This document shows, piece after piece, positions 36,941 through 48,589 of a stretch of 64,000 nt of DNA. The notes beneath the pieces were generated by a model that had not been told where the DNA came from, searched no databases, and was given only the letters and a program-made list of their open reading frames with translations. Position numbers and translations under genes: made by a program. The stretch is from Eledone cirrhosa. Lineage: Eukaryota. Every line of letters begins with the position of its first letter. The stretch's first letter is position 1. The stretch lies in the NCBI GenBank assembly GCA_964016885.1, contig OZ024740.1, positions 398,908,001 through 398,972,000 of the forward strand, written 5' to 3'.

Positions 36941-38921
36941 TTCTTATACAGTGCTTACACCAATGTTATAAAAGACCAGGTCATGTGCTATTTTGTTTGC
37001 TATTGTGAATTGTGCCACATCGGCTTGTGATGGGATACAGGGTATTTCTTTCTAGTCTCTGATGTTTCTTGTTTTAGTTTTATCTGTTTGAGCCATGCTA
37101 ATTTCTTGCTAAAAACTTTGTTGCATTTCTGAGTGATGTATTTTTCTTCTTGGGGAATAATGTTCATGTATTCTATTTTTTCTCGTGGTGTGGTGATCTT
37201 ATTTCTTGTCATAGGATGCGTTTCCATTTTTCTTGCTGGCTTAGTTCTGTGTAGATTTTCTTTTTTATGTTCAGGATTAATGTTCGTTTAAGACTACCAG
37301 CTTGTCTTTTCGTTAGTTGGATTCTTCTTACATTGATGTTAAATGGTGTATAAATTCTGGATGAGACACATTGTTTTATGAAGTGTAGTTGTCGAGTTGT
37401 TATTGTTTTCTTCAGACAACAGAAGATGGTGGTTTTCAGTGTCTTCCTAGCTTGACTAAAGCTTACGGTACTTCGTTTTCGTATTTGTTTTGCAAGATTT
37501 TTCATCTGAAAACGTGCGTTGAAACAAATATTGTTATACTTTGGGAGGGTCATGCTGCCAATAAAAACACACGCACCTGTTGTTCTCACTTCAATTTATT
37601 ATTATTATAAACTTTCAGTTGGTTAGTTTAATATCCGGATGGTTGTTTATTTGTTGATTGTCAAAGCTCTTTCGTCACACATTCGCATTATGCCAAACCC
37701 ATAGCCTCCAAGTACCTGATCCACTGAAACTCAGCCATTTCTGATAACATAAAAATAAACATACTAATTGTGGACTTAATAAGAGTGATGAAGAATGTGC
37801 CCCGCATGTGCAATCTTAAAGAATTAGAGAGACACATATAACACTTCGTCCACCGCATACAGTTCTCTGGCTACAATCAGAGAAGCAGGATGAGGGTGTC
37901 TAAAGGAGCCAGGGCCAAATGTATGAAAATTGTAGAAAATGATACGAATGGGACTTGTTCCAATTATAGGAGCAAATTTTGGAATAGGATAGATACATCT
38001 AAGAAAAAGACAAATAAGATCAATAAATTGCAGAGTGGGGTCGTCAATGCTACCCCCAGAGGTGAACTTGCATACAGATTTAGAAGGGTTCTAGACGAAC
38101 TAAAATTAAATATTAAGATAGTAAAAAAACCAGGTATTCCTGTAAAAGCCCTAATTAATAGAACATATCCTTTTGAGACCCACCCCCCTACTAATAGGAA
38201 ATGTATAGTCTGCAAATTAAGCCCACATATTAACTGCAAAACTAGGAATGTAGAGTATAGCATAAGATGTACGGAGGGATAGTGTAGGAATAAGAACACA
38301 CCTCACATAGGTGAGACAGCCCGTAGCATAGGAGAAAGGATAAATGAACACTGGCGAGAACTCCAAGATAGGAAGAACTCATCAGTACTCCACCAACATG
38401 CCAAAATGGAACATGGTATCTCACTAGAAAATATCCAGTTAAAAATTATATCTACACATAAAACAGACACAATGCTCCGACAGATTACAGAAGCGACAAA
38501 CATAAACTCCAACCAAAACTAAACATAAGTGGAATAGCAACAACCTAACAACTAGTAACTAAGGACAAGATAAAGATATACAGAGAAACACAAGAACTAA
38601 ACTAATACAATAAACTAGGCACACACAGATAGAACAAACAACCAACCAGTGACAAAGAAATAAACGTATAAATAAATAAATAAAAACACACACAAACACA
38701 CACACATAGAAACCCAGGTATAACGCATCAGCAGCCGAAGTACACAGCTCACAAAAACAAAATGGTGTAAGACACAACAAAGAAGAGACACACAATAACA
38801 AAGGTAGTCAAAAATTAAACAACCAACCGATTGAGAGTTTATAATAATAATAAATTGAAGTGAAAATCAAAAGGTGCGTGTCTTTTTATTGGCAGCATGA
38901 CCCTCCCAAAGTATAACAATA
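36941..38921. mobile_element. Penelope-like element (Naiad-like) with inversion: ORF 5' part on minus, RT C-terminus + GIY-YIG + 3' UTR on plus
   Basis: Plus strand 37687-38520: HYAKPIASKYLIH..SA..KINILIVDLIRVMKN..QFSGY; CIVC..CKTRNVEYSIRC..C..HIGETARSIGERINEH..HQH..H..MLRQITEA. Minus strand 37685-36941 is the pLTR plus the ORF N-terminus. Confidence 0.9.
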
Positions 38922-38946
38922 CATACATACATACATACATATACAT

Positions 38947-39016
<70 letters not shown>

Positions 39017-39019
<3 letters not shown>

Positions 39020-39225
39020 ACGAAGGAGGTGTGGTAAGGAACCAGATGAACCATAACGCACCAGAGTACTCAATACTTAGGGTAGTAGAGTGGGTAATAG
39101 GAAAATGTTTAACCCCGACGGCAGAGCTCAACCCGTTTCGACGGCTATTTCTGGACGGCTATTTCAGTCCAGAAATAGCCGTCGAAACGGCTTGAGCTCT
39201 GCCCTCGGGGTTAAACATTTTCCTA
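39017..39225. mobile_element. Penelope-like fold-back with two hammerhead 3' halves
   Basis: Arms ~39097-39156 and 39167-39226. Tail 39017-39096 is the reverse complement of 5890-5968. (TA)n flanks. Confidence 0.7.
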
Positions 39226-39249
39226 TATATATATATATATATATATGCA

Positions 39250-39462
39250 AAGTTTTATTTAAATTGTTGGGTTACAACGAGTAAATATTTATAACTGATA
39301 TAACTTTTAAATGGAAGATGAAGTTGAAAGGTATGTCAAATCTATCTATTTATAAGACTGTTTATATTGTATTTTGTCTGAGGAAGGCATATCATATTTT
39401 TAATGTGATATCCCTGAAATATATATAATGAAATAAATATAGTTTCCATTTATTTAATATCG

Positions 39463-39465
<3 letters not shown>
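39250..39465. mobile_element. Penelope-like remnant (inverted tail plus pLTR arm)
   Basis: 39252-39303 is the reverse complement of tail 15982-16035. 39320-39465 is homologous to the minus strand of 15692-15845. Confidence 0.75.
39371..39434 (+). ncRNA. Type I hammerhead ribozyme
   Basis: ATTTTGT-CTGAGGA-AGGCATATCA...TGATATCCCT-GAAA-TATATA-TA-ATGAAAT. Confidence 0.82.
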
Positions 39466-39493
<28 letters not shown>

Positions 39494-40023
39494 GGGGGGG
39501 GGAGAGATTTGACTGCTATATCTAGCGGATCATTCGTCCACTTACAGACTCGCCCGCTGGTTCGTCAACCGCAATGGCATTCGCTTTGCGAGAAAGATTG
39601 AAATAATATGGCCACTGCACCAATTGTTGCAGCTACAGAGGCTACTAAGCAAGTTATTTATTGTTAATAACTACTGTATTTCTCGTCTGTAGCTTCCTGT
39701 TTAAGTTCCCCTTTCCCCCACAAAGGGAGGGGGGAACTTTTGATAAGCTTGAAATGTTAGGTGGGGGGGGGGGTCAGTTTTTCGCAACCAGTGACATTAG
39801 GACGATAAGTTACTTTTAGTGTCTCTTCGAGATTAAGGATCCCGAAGCTTAAGCCTAATTAGTTTCATAGTAGATTCGCCATTGTACTACGCTTAACCCT
39901 TTTCATAGACACCCACCCAAAGTCGCACCCATTTTAAAGGGTTCCCATTTAAATGAAAATCATTCTACGTAATTTAACAAGGATTTGTTGCTAAATTATG
40001 ATATATTACAAATATCATCTTAA

Positions 40024-40066
<43 letters not shown>

Positions 40067-41015
40067 TGTGTGTGTATGAGAGAGAGACCTGTGGTCAAAA
40101 TGACCTGTTATCAAACACATTCTATCCTTAGCCATTCCGTCATATTTTCCAGGCATAATTTATCTAGAACTACATTATATAATGTCTCTTTGCCGTAATT
40201 TGATGGCTGCAATTTCTAACAGAACAAGTGACCGTGTTGAGATTTTGTCGTTGGTGGTAGTAATGGGCGATGCTGATGCTTATGATGATTGTAGTGGTGG
40301 CAATAGTGAAGAGTTTATAGGTGGACAATTAACGAAAGTGCCGGTTTAAAAAAAATTTTTTTTAGATGTTATTAATATAAAGATGTACAGACAAGCAGCT
40401 CTATACAGTGGATACATTGTGAAAATTGTTTCGAACTTAGAATATTGATTGTTTTAAGTCAGCAGGGAGAGTAAAGCGGGAGGAGCTTGAAAATTTATTT
40501 CCCCTTCATATGACACTAAAGTGGTCTTTAGCGTGAAAAACCAACTGTTATTGATTTTTATAGTCTTGCTATAAACTCTAACACTATCTCCTAACCCTTG
40601 AGAACCGTTAGTAGAGTTTACTCTGCTGCAAACATTCGAAACAGGTTACTGGTCTGAAGGTAACCCAGTAGTCATAGTTTCTATTCCCCACCTCTTCCTT
40701 TCACCAGCCACGAAGGTTTTGCCTAAAGATCATAAGCGTTCAGTTTCTGTTTTTGATAAATTCATATAATCAAAACAGAATTTATGAGTTTATGAATTTA
40801 TGCTCGTCTGAACAGAAATAGTACATAATTAGTGCATGTAGTTACGATTCCAAAGGATGGAAACGGCAAAGACCACGCCCCTGAAATTTAAATTCAATAC
40901 ACGGCAAGGCATTTAATTTGACGCTGTACTGCTTTTAACATTACATCGAATTACAAGGACAAACTTTACAGAGGAAGGACACAGCTAATTCATTCTATTC
41001 CGGTAGATAGTGGGA

Positions 41016-41199
41016 CGTTCTTTCGTTTTAAGTACCTCATTAATCTGTATATGTAAATTCTGACGTATTAGTGAAAGAAAATATTTAAAACTATGTTTGA
41101 TAATGAAAATAGAAAATATCAAAGAAAATTATTGTAATTGATTTAAATGAATATAAAATAAAATTATAGAGATTGCTGTCTACTTAAAACGAAAGAACG
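41016..41199. mobile_element. Candidate MITE
   Basis: Perfect 19-bp inverted repeat CGTTCTTTCGTTTTAAGTA (41016-41034) / TACTTAAAACGAAAGAACG (41181-41199) around an AT-rich core. No clear TSD. Confidence 0.5.
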
Positions 41200-41437
41200 C
41201 TATTTTGGATTCTCCGTCACTCTCGATGATGAGTATTCAGGTGTTTGACTAAGTGGTTTCCTACAAATTAACGTGGAAACAGTTGAGTTTCTCACAGACA
41301 ATTCTCAGGCCGAATCAGCTGGACACAATGTGACAGACAATCTAGGATCATTCAATTACATATACAATCAAGAGAGAGAGAGGGAGATAGATAGATAGAG
41401 AGAGAGAGAGGGAAAGATAGATAGATGATAGATAGAT

Positions 41438-41484
<47 letters not shown>

Positions 41485-41488
<4 letters not shown>

Positions 41489-41983
41489 GCGACGTGGTTA
41501 GTCAGTCTGGTCACTACTTCTGATCAGATCCGAGAATAGCCCTTAGAAGGACTGTTATCGCATACGGTCTGATCAGATCTGAAGATAGTCCTTAAAAGGA
41601 CTGTTGTCGCATATAGCCCTTAAAAGAACTGTTGAGGATGGACATACGAAAGCACAAGTTGAAAGGACGAAGCAAGGCGAGATGTAAATTCGATCAGCTA
41701 TTTATCTTCACATGAAGCGACGATACGAGGTACAAGGCGTGTGTGAGTGACAAAGCGTGGCAGAGTAAAGGAACAACGATGCGCTAGCTGACTCTGCCAA
41801 AAGTCGACTAGCGAAGTGTTGGGAACCACTCTATTTATACAGAAACAATCGTTTGATGTTTAGCCGATGTGTAGGCGTTTATTCTGGTAGGTTTTAAGAG
41901 TTCTTTTGTTTCACGTTGAGGTAGCTAGCTAACAGGTAGATGGCGCTGTATATTTCACAGATGTTATTTCCGGTGGCTGTACA
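41485..41983 (-). repeat. 3' LTR
   Basis: TGTAGCGAC...GGCTGTACA, a direct repeat of 46366-46864. TATAAATA on minus near 41832-41839. Confidence 0.97.
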
Positions 41984-42916
41984 TTATCCCCCTGCCAGAT
42001 CTTTTGTACAACAAAAGAGCGAAATATCGTATAGTAATGGGCCAGTGGTGCATTTGTCATGACAATAGCCCCAGGAATGTCCAGCACGTTGTGAAATTTT
42101 GTGATCATCGAGTACAGGACAGAGTCGATGTAAAGATATGGCAAGATGTGTGTGTCAGGAAGAGAAAAAAAGAAATAAACTATAAAATGACTTTGACCAG
42201 ATTTATGCAGGCGTGATGAATGAGCCTGTTGCAATTTGGGTTGAGCTGCCTGTGAATTGCGTGACAAAAAGTCTAACTGGGCAGTGAAGATAACCGTAAT
42301 GTGTGAACTGAATGGTCGTAAGCATGCTGCCTAAAAGTAACAGTTTGCTCCACAGCATATGACTTGAGCGAATGCATGTGGTAACAAAAAATAGCGAGGC
42401 ATTCTCGAGCTATTGAGTGAATGTGTACGTGAAAAAAGAAGGCCAGTGTTTTGAGGATGCGATTTGTGAAATGCGTGATCAAAGAGAAAACATTTTGTAG
42501 TGTAAGAGTTAGAGGGACACAAATATCTATTGCTCCGTGTATGAACCAAAAGGTGAAACAAACGTGGTTTTGTAGTGTGCATGAAAAACAGAATATGTAC
42601 ACGCCTTGTATGTATATAAAAATTATGGCAATTACACAATCAATGTTACAGAACAAGAAAAATAAAAATTTTTGCAAAACAAGAGAGAGAAGAAGAAAAA
42701 ATGTTATACACAATGATATACACAATGTTTGTTCTTAAATAGTGTTTGTAATAAATAATGTTCATAATAAATAATGTTCTTCGTGACATGAGAACATGGT
42801 CACTAAAAATTGCAATTGTTCAAGCAGAAAGTTCATTGTATTTGAAACTGGAAATAGTAAACACAAGAAAAATGGAAATGTTTTGCACGAAGAATGATTA
42901 AGAAACTCACTTGAGT

Positions 42917-45900
42917 TTAACGGTAATTCACATATTGTGCCAACTTGGCGGGCCAATGGACGCGTCGTCCATTTCTCGTGACTGGAGATGAAACAGGTGG
43001 CTCGCTGGGACAGCAATCTGTTGGAGTTTCTGGTGTAGAGACTGTAACAGTATCCATGATGGCTTTTTTTAATCTGTCCACGCTAACAGAATTCTGTTTA
43101 CCATCTAGATCGAGAATAAAATATTTCGGATATTTTTTTAGAACACAATAAGGGCCAGAATATGGAGGTCGAAGATGAGCTGAGATGGTGTCGTTTCGAA
43201 CGAAAACGTGTGTCCAATCTTTAATGTCTGAAGGTACGTGTGTGGCTGTGTTCTGTTGATGGGTGCTTGCAGCAGCAAGGTGAGACATATATTGTCGAAG
43301 ACGGTGTACGTATGATCCTGGGTCTGGAACATCCTGAGGAGAGATGGGAGCAACCATCTGACCAGGTAGAACCAGGGTGGTGCCGTACACTAATTCTGCA
43401 GGTGTGTGTCCGAATTCCTCCTTAACGGTGGATCGAATGCCCAGAAGGATGAGTGGTAGGTATTCAAACCAGTGGGTCTTGTCTGGATATGCTTTTATTG
43501 CAGCTTTCAATTGGCGATGGAATCTTTCCACGAGACCATTAGCTTGCGGGTGATAAGCTGTCGTGCGGATGTGTTTACATCCTAACAGGCGAGTCAGTTC
43601 CCTTAAGAGGTGGGAGTCAAATTAGCGTCCTCTGTCCGTTGTTATTTTCGCTGGGGCGCCATAACGTGATACCAAGTGAAAAACCAAAGTTTTAGCGACT
43701 GTTTCAGCTGAGGTATCATTTATGGGAAAAGCCTCAGGCCAACTAGAAAATCGATCTATGCAGGTGAGCAAGTGTGTGTAGTTCTGTGATGGTGGTAGAG
43801 GTCCGACGATGTCGATATGCACATGATGAAAGCGTGCATCAGGTTAGGCGAATGTGCCGAGTGGAGTTTTGATGTGTCTGTGGACTTTGGCTTTCTGGCA
43901 GGCAATGCAGCTCCTGGACCAGTCGCGCACGTCCTTGTTAATGTTAGTCCACACAAAACGAGCAGAGATGAGTTTCTGTGTAGCCCGGATTCCCGGGTGA
44001 GACAAGCAGTGTAAAGCAGAAATAACTTGACGATGCATCTGTGGTATGTACTGTCGTTCATGACCGGTAGAAAAGTCGCACCAAATTTGTCCCGGAGAAG
44101 AAGGAATGGGAACTTGCTGAAACTTGAGGGATGGCGAATCTCGGAGCTTGATAAACTCTTCGTCAGTCTCTTGGTCAGCTGCGATCTGTTGAAGGTCGAT
44201 GCCTGAATGCACATGTATTGCGTTCAGCTGGATTCGGGACAGGGCGTCGGCTGCTATGTTGTCTGACCCCTTGATATGCCGAATATCAGTTGAATATTGG
44301 GAGACAAAATCCAGGTGTCGGAGTTCTCTCGGTGAATGTCGATCAGGTTTGGTACGGAATGCGTAAACTAGTGGTTTATGGTCCGTGTAGATCACGAAAT
44401 CTGATCCTTCGAGCATGTGCTGAAAATGCTTAACCGAAAGATAGGTTGCCAAGAGTTCGCGGCCAAAGGTACTGTATTTCGTTTCTGCCGGTTGCAACCG
44501 CTTAGAAAAGGATACGGGTTGCCACACGCCGTCGACATGTTGTTGTAAAACGCCTCCAACCCCCGTATCTGATGCGTCCACTAGCAGCGAAAGAAGAGCG
44601 CCAGACCTGGGGAAAACGAGCATGGAAGCGTTTGCCAACATTTCCTTCAGGCGGTTAAAAGATGTTAATTCTTCCTCGTTTAGAGTGATCTCTTCGTTTT
44701 TGCGAGTCCGGTTACGAAGAAGGTCCGTGAGGAGTCTGGCTGCGTCGGAACAATGAGGGATAAAACGCCTATAAAAATTCACCAGACCGAGAAATTCACG
44801 CAGTTTCCGAAGTGATGTAGGTGCGGGAAAACTGCGGATAGCTTCTACTTTCTCGGGAAGTGGACGAATGCTGTCTTTATCGATGATGTGCCCGAGAAAG
44901 GACAGTGAAGGAACGCCGAGAATGCACTTGCTGGGGTTGATGATGACACCGTACTCAGCCAAACGTTGGAAAAGGAGGTCTAAGTGCTTCTCGTGTTCCT
45001 GCTCGGAAGTACTTGCTACCAGTACGTCGTCAATATACGCGTATACGAAGAGTAGATCGCGTAACACGGTGTCAATAAACCGCTGAAAAGTTTGTGCAGC
45101 GTTGCGCAGACCGAACGGCATTCGCAGGAATTCGAATAAACCGAATGGCGTTGTGATTGCGGTCTTCGGAATATCTGCAGGCTCCATAGGTATCTGGTTG
45201 TATGCACGCACCAAATCTATCTTGGAAAAGATGCGTGCGCCTTGCAGAGAGACAGAAAAATCGTGCAGGTAAGGTACAGGGTAATTATCGGGGACTGTAG
45301 AATTGTTAAGTGCACGATAATCCCTACATGGTCGCCAATCATTCTCGTTTTTTTTAGGAACAAGGTGTAGGGGTGCAGACCAGTTGCTGGAGGAAGGGCG
45401 AATGATTCCGAGGTCCAGCATGTGTTGGAACTCCTGCTTGGCGATTCTCAATCGGTCTGGAGGCAGTCTCCTTGGTCGGGCAGCTGTGGGTGGTCCCTTT
45501 GTCTTGATGTGGTGCGTGACACAATGCTTAATAGGACCATCTTTAAATACCGGGCGAGTGATGTCTGGGTATTGCTGGAGAATGCTGTTGTACCGCGAAG
45601 GCTCTGACTGGCAAATTACAGGGCTCACTGTGGATTGCGTGGTAAATATACCTCTCACATTGAGGTTTGTGGTGGTGTCAATAAGCCTCCGGTTCTTCAT
45701 ATCCACCAGAAGGTTGAAGTGGTGGAGAAAATCGGCTCCTAGGATAGGGGTCGGCAGGTCTGCCACAACGAACACCCATTGATAACGCCGCCTCAGGCCT
45801 AAATTGAGGGTCAGTGATTTTTCCCCGAAAGTCGGAAATGACGATCGGGTCACTGCCTGCAGAAAGGACGGGGTTGGGTGTCTTTTGCCCGAGATTAGTG

Positions 45901-46306
45901 AAACAGGAATAACACTAACCTGGGCTCCTGTATGCACGAGGTAACGGATGCCTGTCGCCTGGTCGTTAATAAAAAATAGACGACTTTTCTTTTCAGTACC
46001 AGGGGTGAGCGTCGTCGCTAGGGCCTGGGTGGTATTCCGGAAAGAGCACGGGGCTTTGCACTTAGATGCCTGTGCGCCGAATTTTGCGTGATACCAGCAG
46101 AGGTTGCCAGACACACGATTTTGACTGGGACTTCTGGATCTTCGACTATGAAAAGGCCTGGATTGAGTGTTGCTGCGTCGCCGGTGTGTTTGAAAGGTCA
46201 AGTTCTCTACTTGATTCGAGAGGGCTTTAATTTGACCAGCCCGCTCTCTGATCATAGCCCGCAGCTCTGAAATCTCGGCCTCTGTCGTTGGTTGCGACAT
46301 GTCCAT
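42917..46306 (-). pseudogene. Gypsy gag-pol (truncated gag, PR D->H, RT-RH, broken integrase)
   Basis: ORFs 43844-46306, 43622-43822 and 42917-43531. The protease site reads LVHTGA instead of LVDTGA. Confidence 0.92.
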
Positions 46307-46346
46307 GTTGGTATCTTCTTAGGTGCTGTCTGGTTGCGCGTTCGAC

Positions 46347-46363
46347 TCACGTCGGGGTCACCA
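46347..46363 (-). promoter_or_regulatory. Primer binding site, tRNA-Trp
   Basis: Minus strand TGGTGACCCCGACGTGA is complementary to the tRNA-Trp 3' end (...UCACGUCGGGGUCACCA). Confidence 0.9.
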
Positions 46364-46365
46364 AT

Positions 46366-46864
46366 TGTAGCGACGTGGTTAGTCAGTCTGGTCACTACTT
46401 CTGATCAGATCCGAGAATAGCCCTTAGAAGGACTGTTATCGCATACGGTCTGATCAGATCTGAAGATAGTCCTTAAAAGGACTGTTGTCGCATATAGCCT
46501 TTAAAAGAACTGTTGAGGATGGACATACGAAAGCACAAGTTGAAAGGACGAAGCAAGGCGAGATGTAAATTCGATCAGCTATTTATCTTCACATGAAGCG
46601 ACGATACGAGGTACAAGGCGTGTGTGAGTGACAAAGCGTGGCAGAGGCGAGGGACAACGATACGCGAGTTGACTCTGCCAAATGTCGACTGCTGAAGTGT
46701 TTGGAACCACTCTATTTATACAGAAATAATCGTTTGATGTTTAGCCGCTGTGTAGGCGTTTATTCTGGTAGGTTTTAAGGATTCTTTTGTTTCACGCTGA
46801 GGTAGCTAGCTAACAGGTAGATGGCGCTGTATATTTCACAGATGTTATTTCCGGTGGCTGTACA
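46366..46864 (-). repeat. 5' LTR
   Basis: Direct repeat of 41485-41983, adjacent to the PBS. Confidence 0.97.
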
Positions 46865-46887
46865 TATATATAGAGAGAGATCAACCC

Positions 46888-47032
46888 TGGTACTGGATTG
46901 ATACTTTATTTATCAACCCCTAAAGGATAAAAACCCAAATTGATTTTGGCGGAATTTAAACCCGAATAGCAGGGAGCCGGAAAATCACAACTCATTCTAC
47001 CCGATGCTCTAACGATTATACCAATTCGCCAC
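46888..47032 (-). mobile_element. Diverged Meta-like SINE
   Basis: TACTTTATTTATCAACCCCTAAAGGATAAAA...GGCGGAATTTAAAC. Confidence 0.65.
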
Positions 47033-47807
47033 CTTAGTACTTAGTTTATATATCACTTACGCGATAACCTCTCTGGTAAGATGTACGAATATCGTAATAA
47101 TCCATTCTTTAAATACCAGTAAAACCTTAGACGAAGTGTAGTATACACAACCTAGATTTCCCTTGCTAGTATCTACTATACTTTTTTTGTTTGACATCTT
47201 AAGCTTTCTGCAACAATGACGTTTGTTAATTTTTACTAACTATATTAAATGTTATACGTATAATCAAATATTATTTTAAATTTAACGCCTTGTCCACAGA
47301 TACCTTTGTCTCACTACACACGTTGTTTCACACATGGTGCATTTTTACCAACTGAGGATCATCTTTCTGTGGCACTCCTGCTCCACTATATTCTTACGTT
47401 ACAGGATTAGCAGAATCGTTAGGGAGTCGAATAAAATACCAGTGGTGCTTAGTTATGGCCCTTAGTCAGTCGACCTTACTTTTTATACTTCCAGAATCGA
47501 TAAAATAAAGTAACTGAAGCATCCTAGATTGTGAATGGAATTATAACAGAATACATTAATGCATCAGATATTGAAAGCGCTCCACGATCCCTACACAGTG
47601 TCCTTTCTCCTTCTATTACAACAATTATCTCTCTTCTGAAACGATAATACTCTTTTTCTACCATACCAAGCGTTCAACTACATCATTGTACTGTATCGTT
47701 CCACTGTGTTGATTTTCCTCGATAACTTTTCGCATACATACATTATATATATGCACTAGCTGGTCCCGTGCCATCAAAAATGACAGCTAATTGTAATATC
47801 AATATAT

Positions 47808-47999
47808 AATTGTTTCTACTTTTGGCACAATGCCAGCAAAAAAAATTACCCAGTGCATTACTGGTACTTTATTTTATCGACCCCATAAGGATGAAAGGCA
47901 AAGTTAACCTCGACGGGATTTGAACTCAGACCGTAAAGGGACATAACTATGCTGGAATGCATGGCGTCCGACCCTCTACCGATAATGCCAATTCACCGC
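47808..47999 (-). mobile_element. Meta-like SINE
   Basis: Near full-length copy. Confidence 0.85.
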
Positions 48000-48214
48000 C
48001 TTTTCTATATATAATATAAAAAAGAGATGTTTGTTTGTTGGTCGATTGGTTGGTTCCTTCGCGCTCACTCACATAAGGGATACAAACACACAAACACAGC
48101 TGAGACGAATCTTAGAACACTGGACTTCTATAGTTTCTCACTCCCCCCTTCCTTAGTCATCACATAGATGTGTGTGTATGTAATAATTATTTTTTCTAAG
48201 CATGTCTGTATATG

Positions 48215-48293
<79 letters not shown>

Positions 48294-48589
48294 TTCTATT
48301 GTCTATGTATCTTTCTAAATAAACACACAAAAACACATATACACGCACTCAAACATTCACATAATCATAATAGCCAATGTGTGTAGCCTGTTCACTATAC
48401 ATATACACACACAGGTGTAGTAAATGTCAGTCATCTCTAGTGTATGACGAACAAATACACAAGGCTTTTATTATATTACTGATATATGTATGCGTGTGTA
48501 TGTATGTATGTATGTATGTATGTATGTATGTATGTATGTATGTATGTATGTATGTATGTATGTATGTATGTATGTGTGTATGCATGTAT

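Larger units (their letters stand above)
41485..46864 (-). mobile_element. Ty3/Gypsy LTR retrotransposon, CsRN1-like
   Basis: 499-bp TG..CA LTRs, tRNA-Trp PBS, PPT beside the left LTR, CWYHxxFGxxAxKCxxPC gag motif, RT YIDD, RNase H, frameshifted integrase with GPY motif. Inserted in (TA)n. Confidence 0.97.

Noticed and set aside
38280-38282. Selenocysteine recoding in the Naiad-like GIY-YIG
   Set aside because: The stop is TAG, not TGA, and the copy has several other stops, so this is ordinary decay.
46347-46363. tRNA gene (here, or in the SINE heads)
   Set aside because: Only the 17-nt PBS match is present, and the SINE heads lack full cloverleafs.
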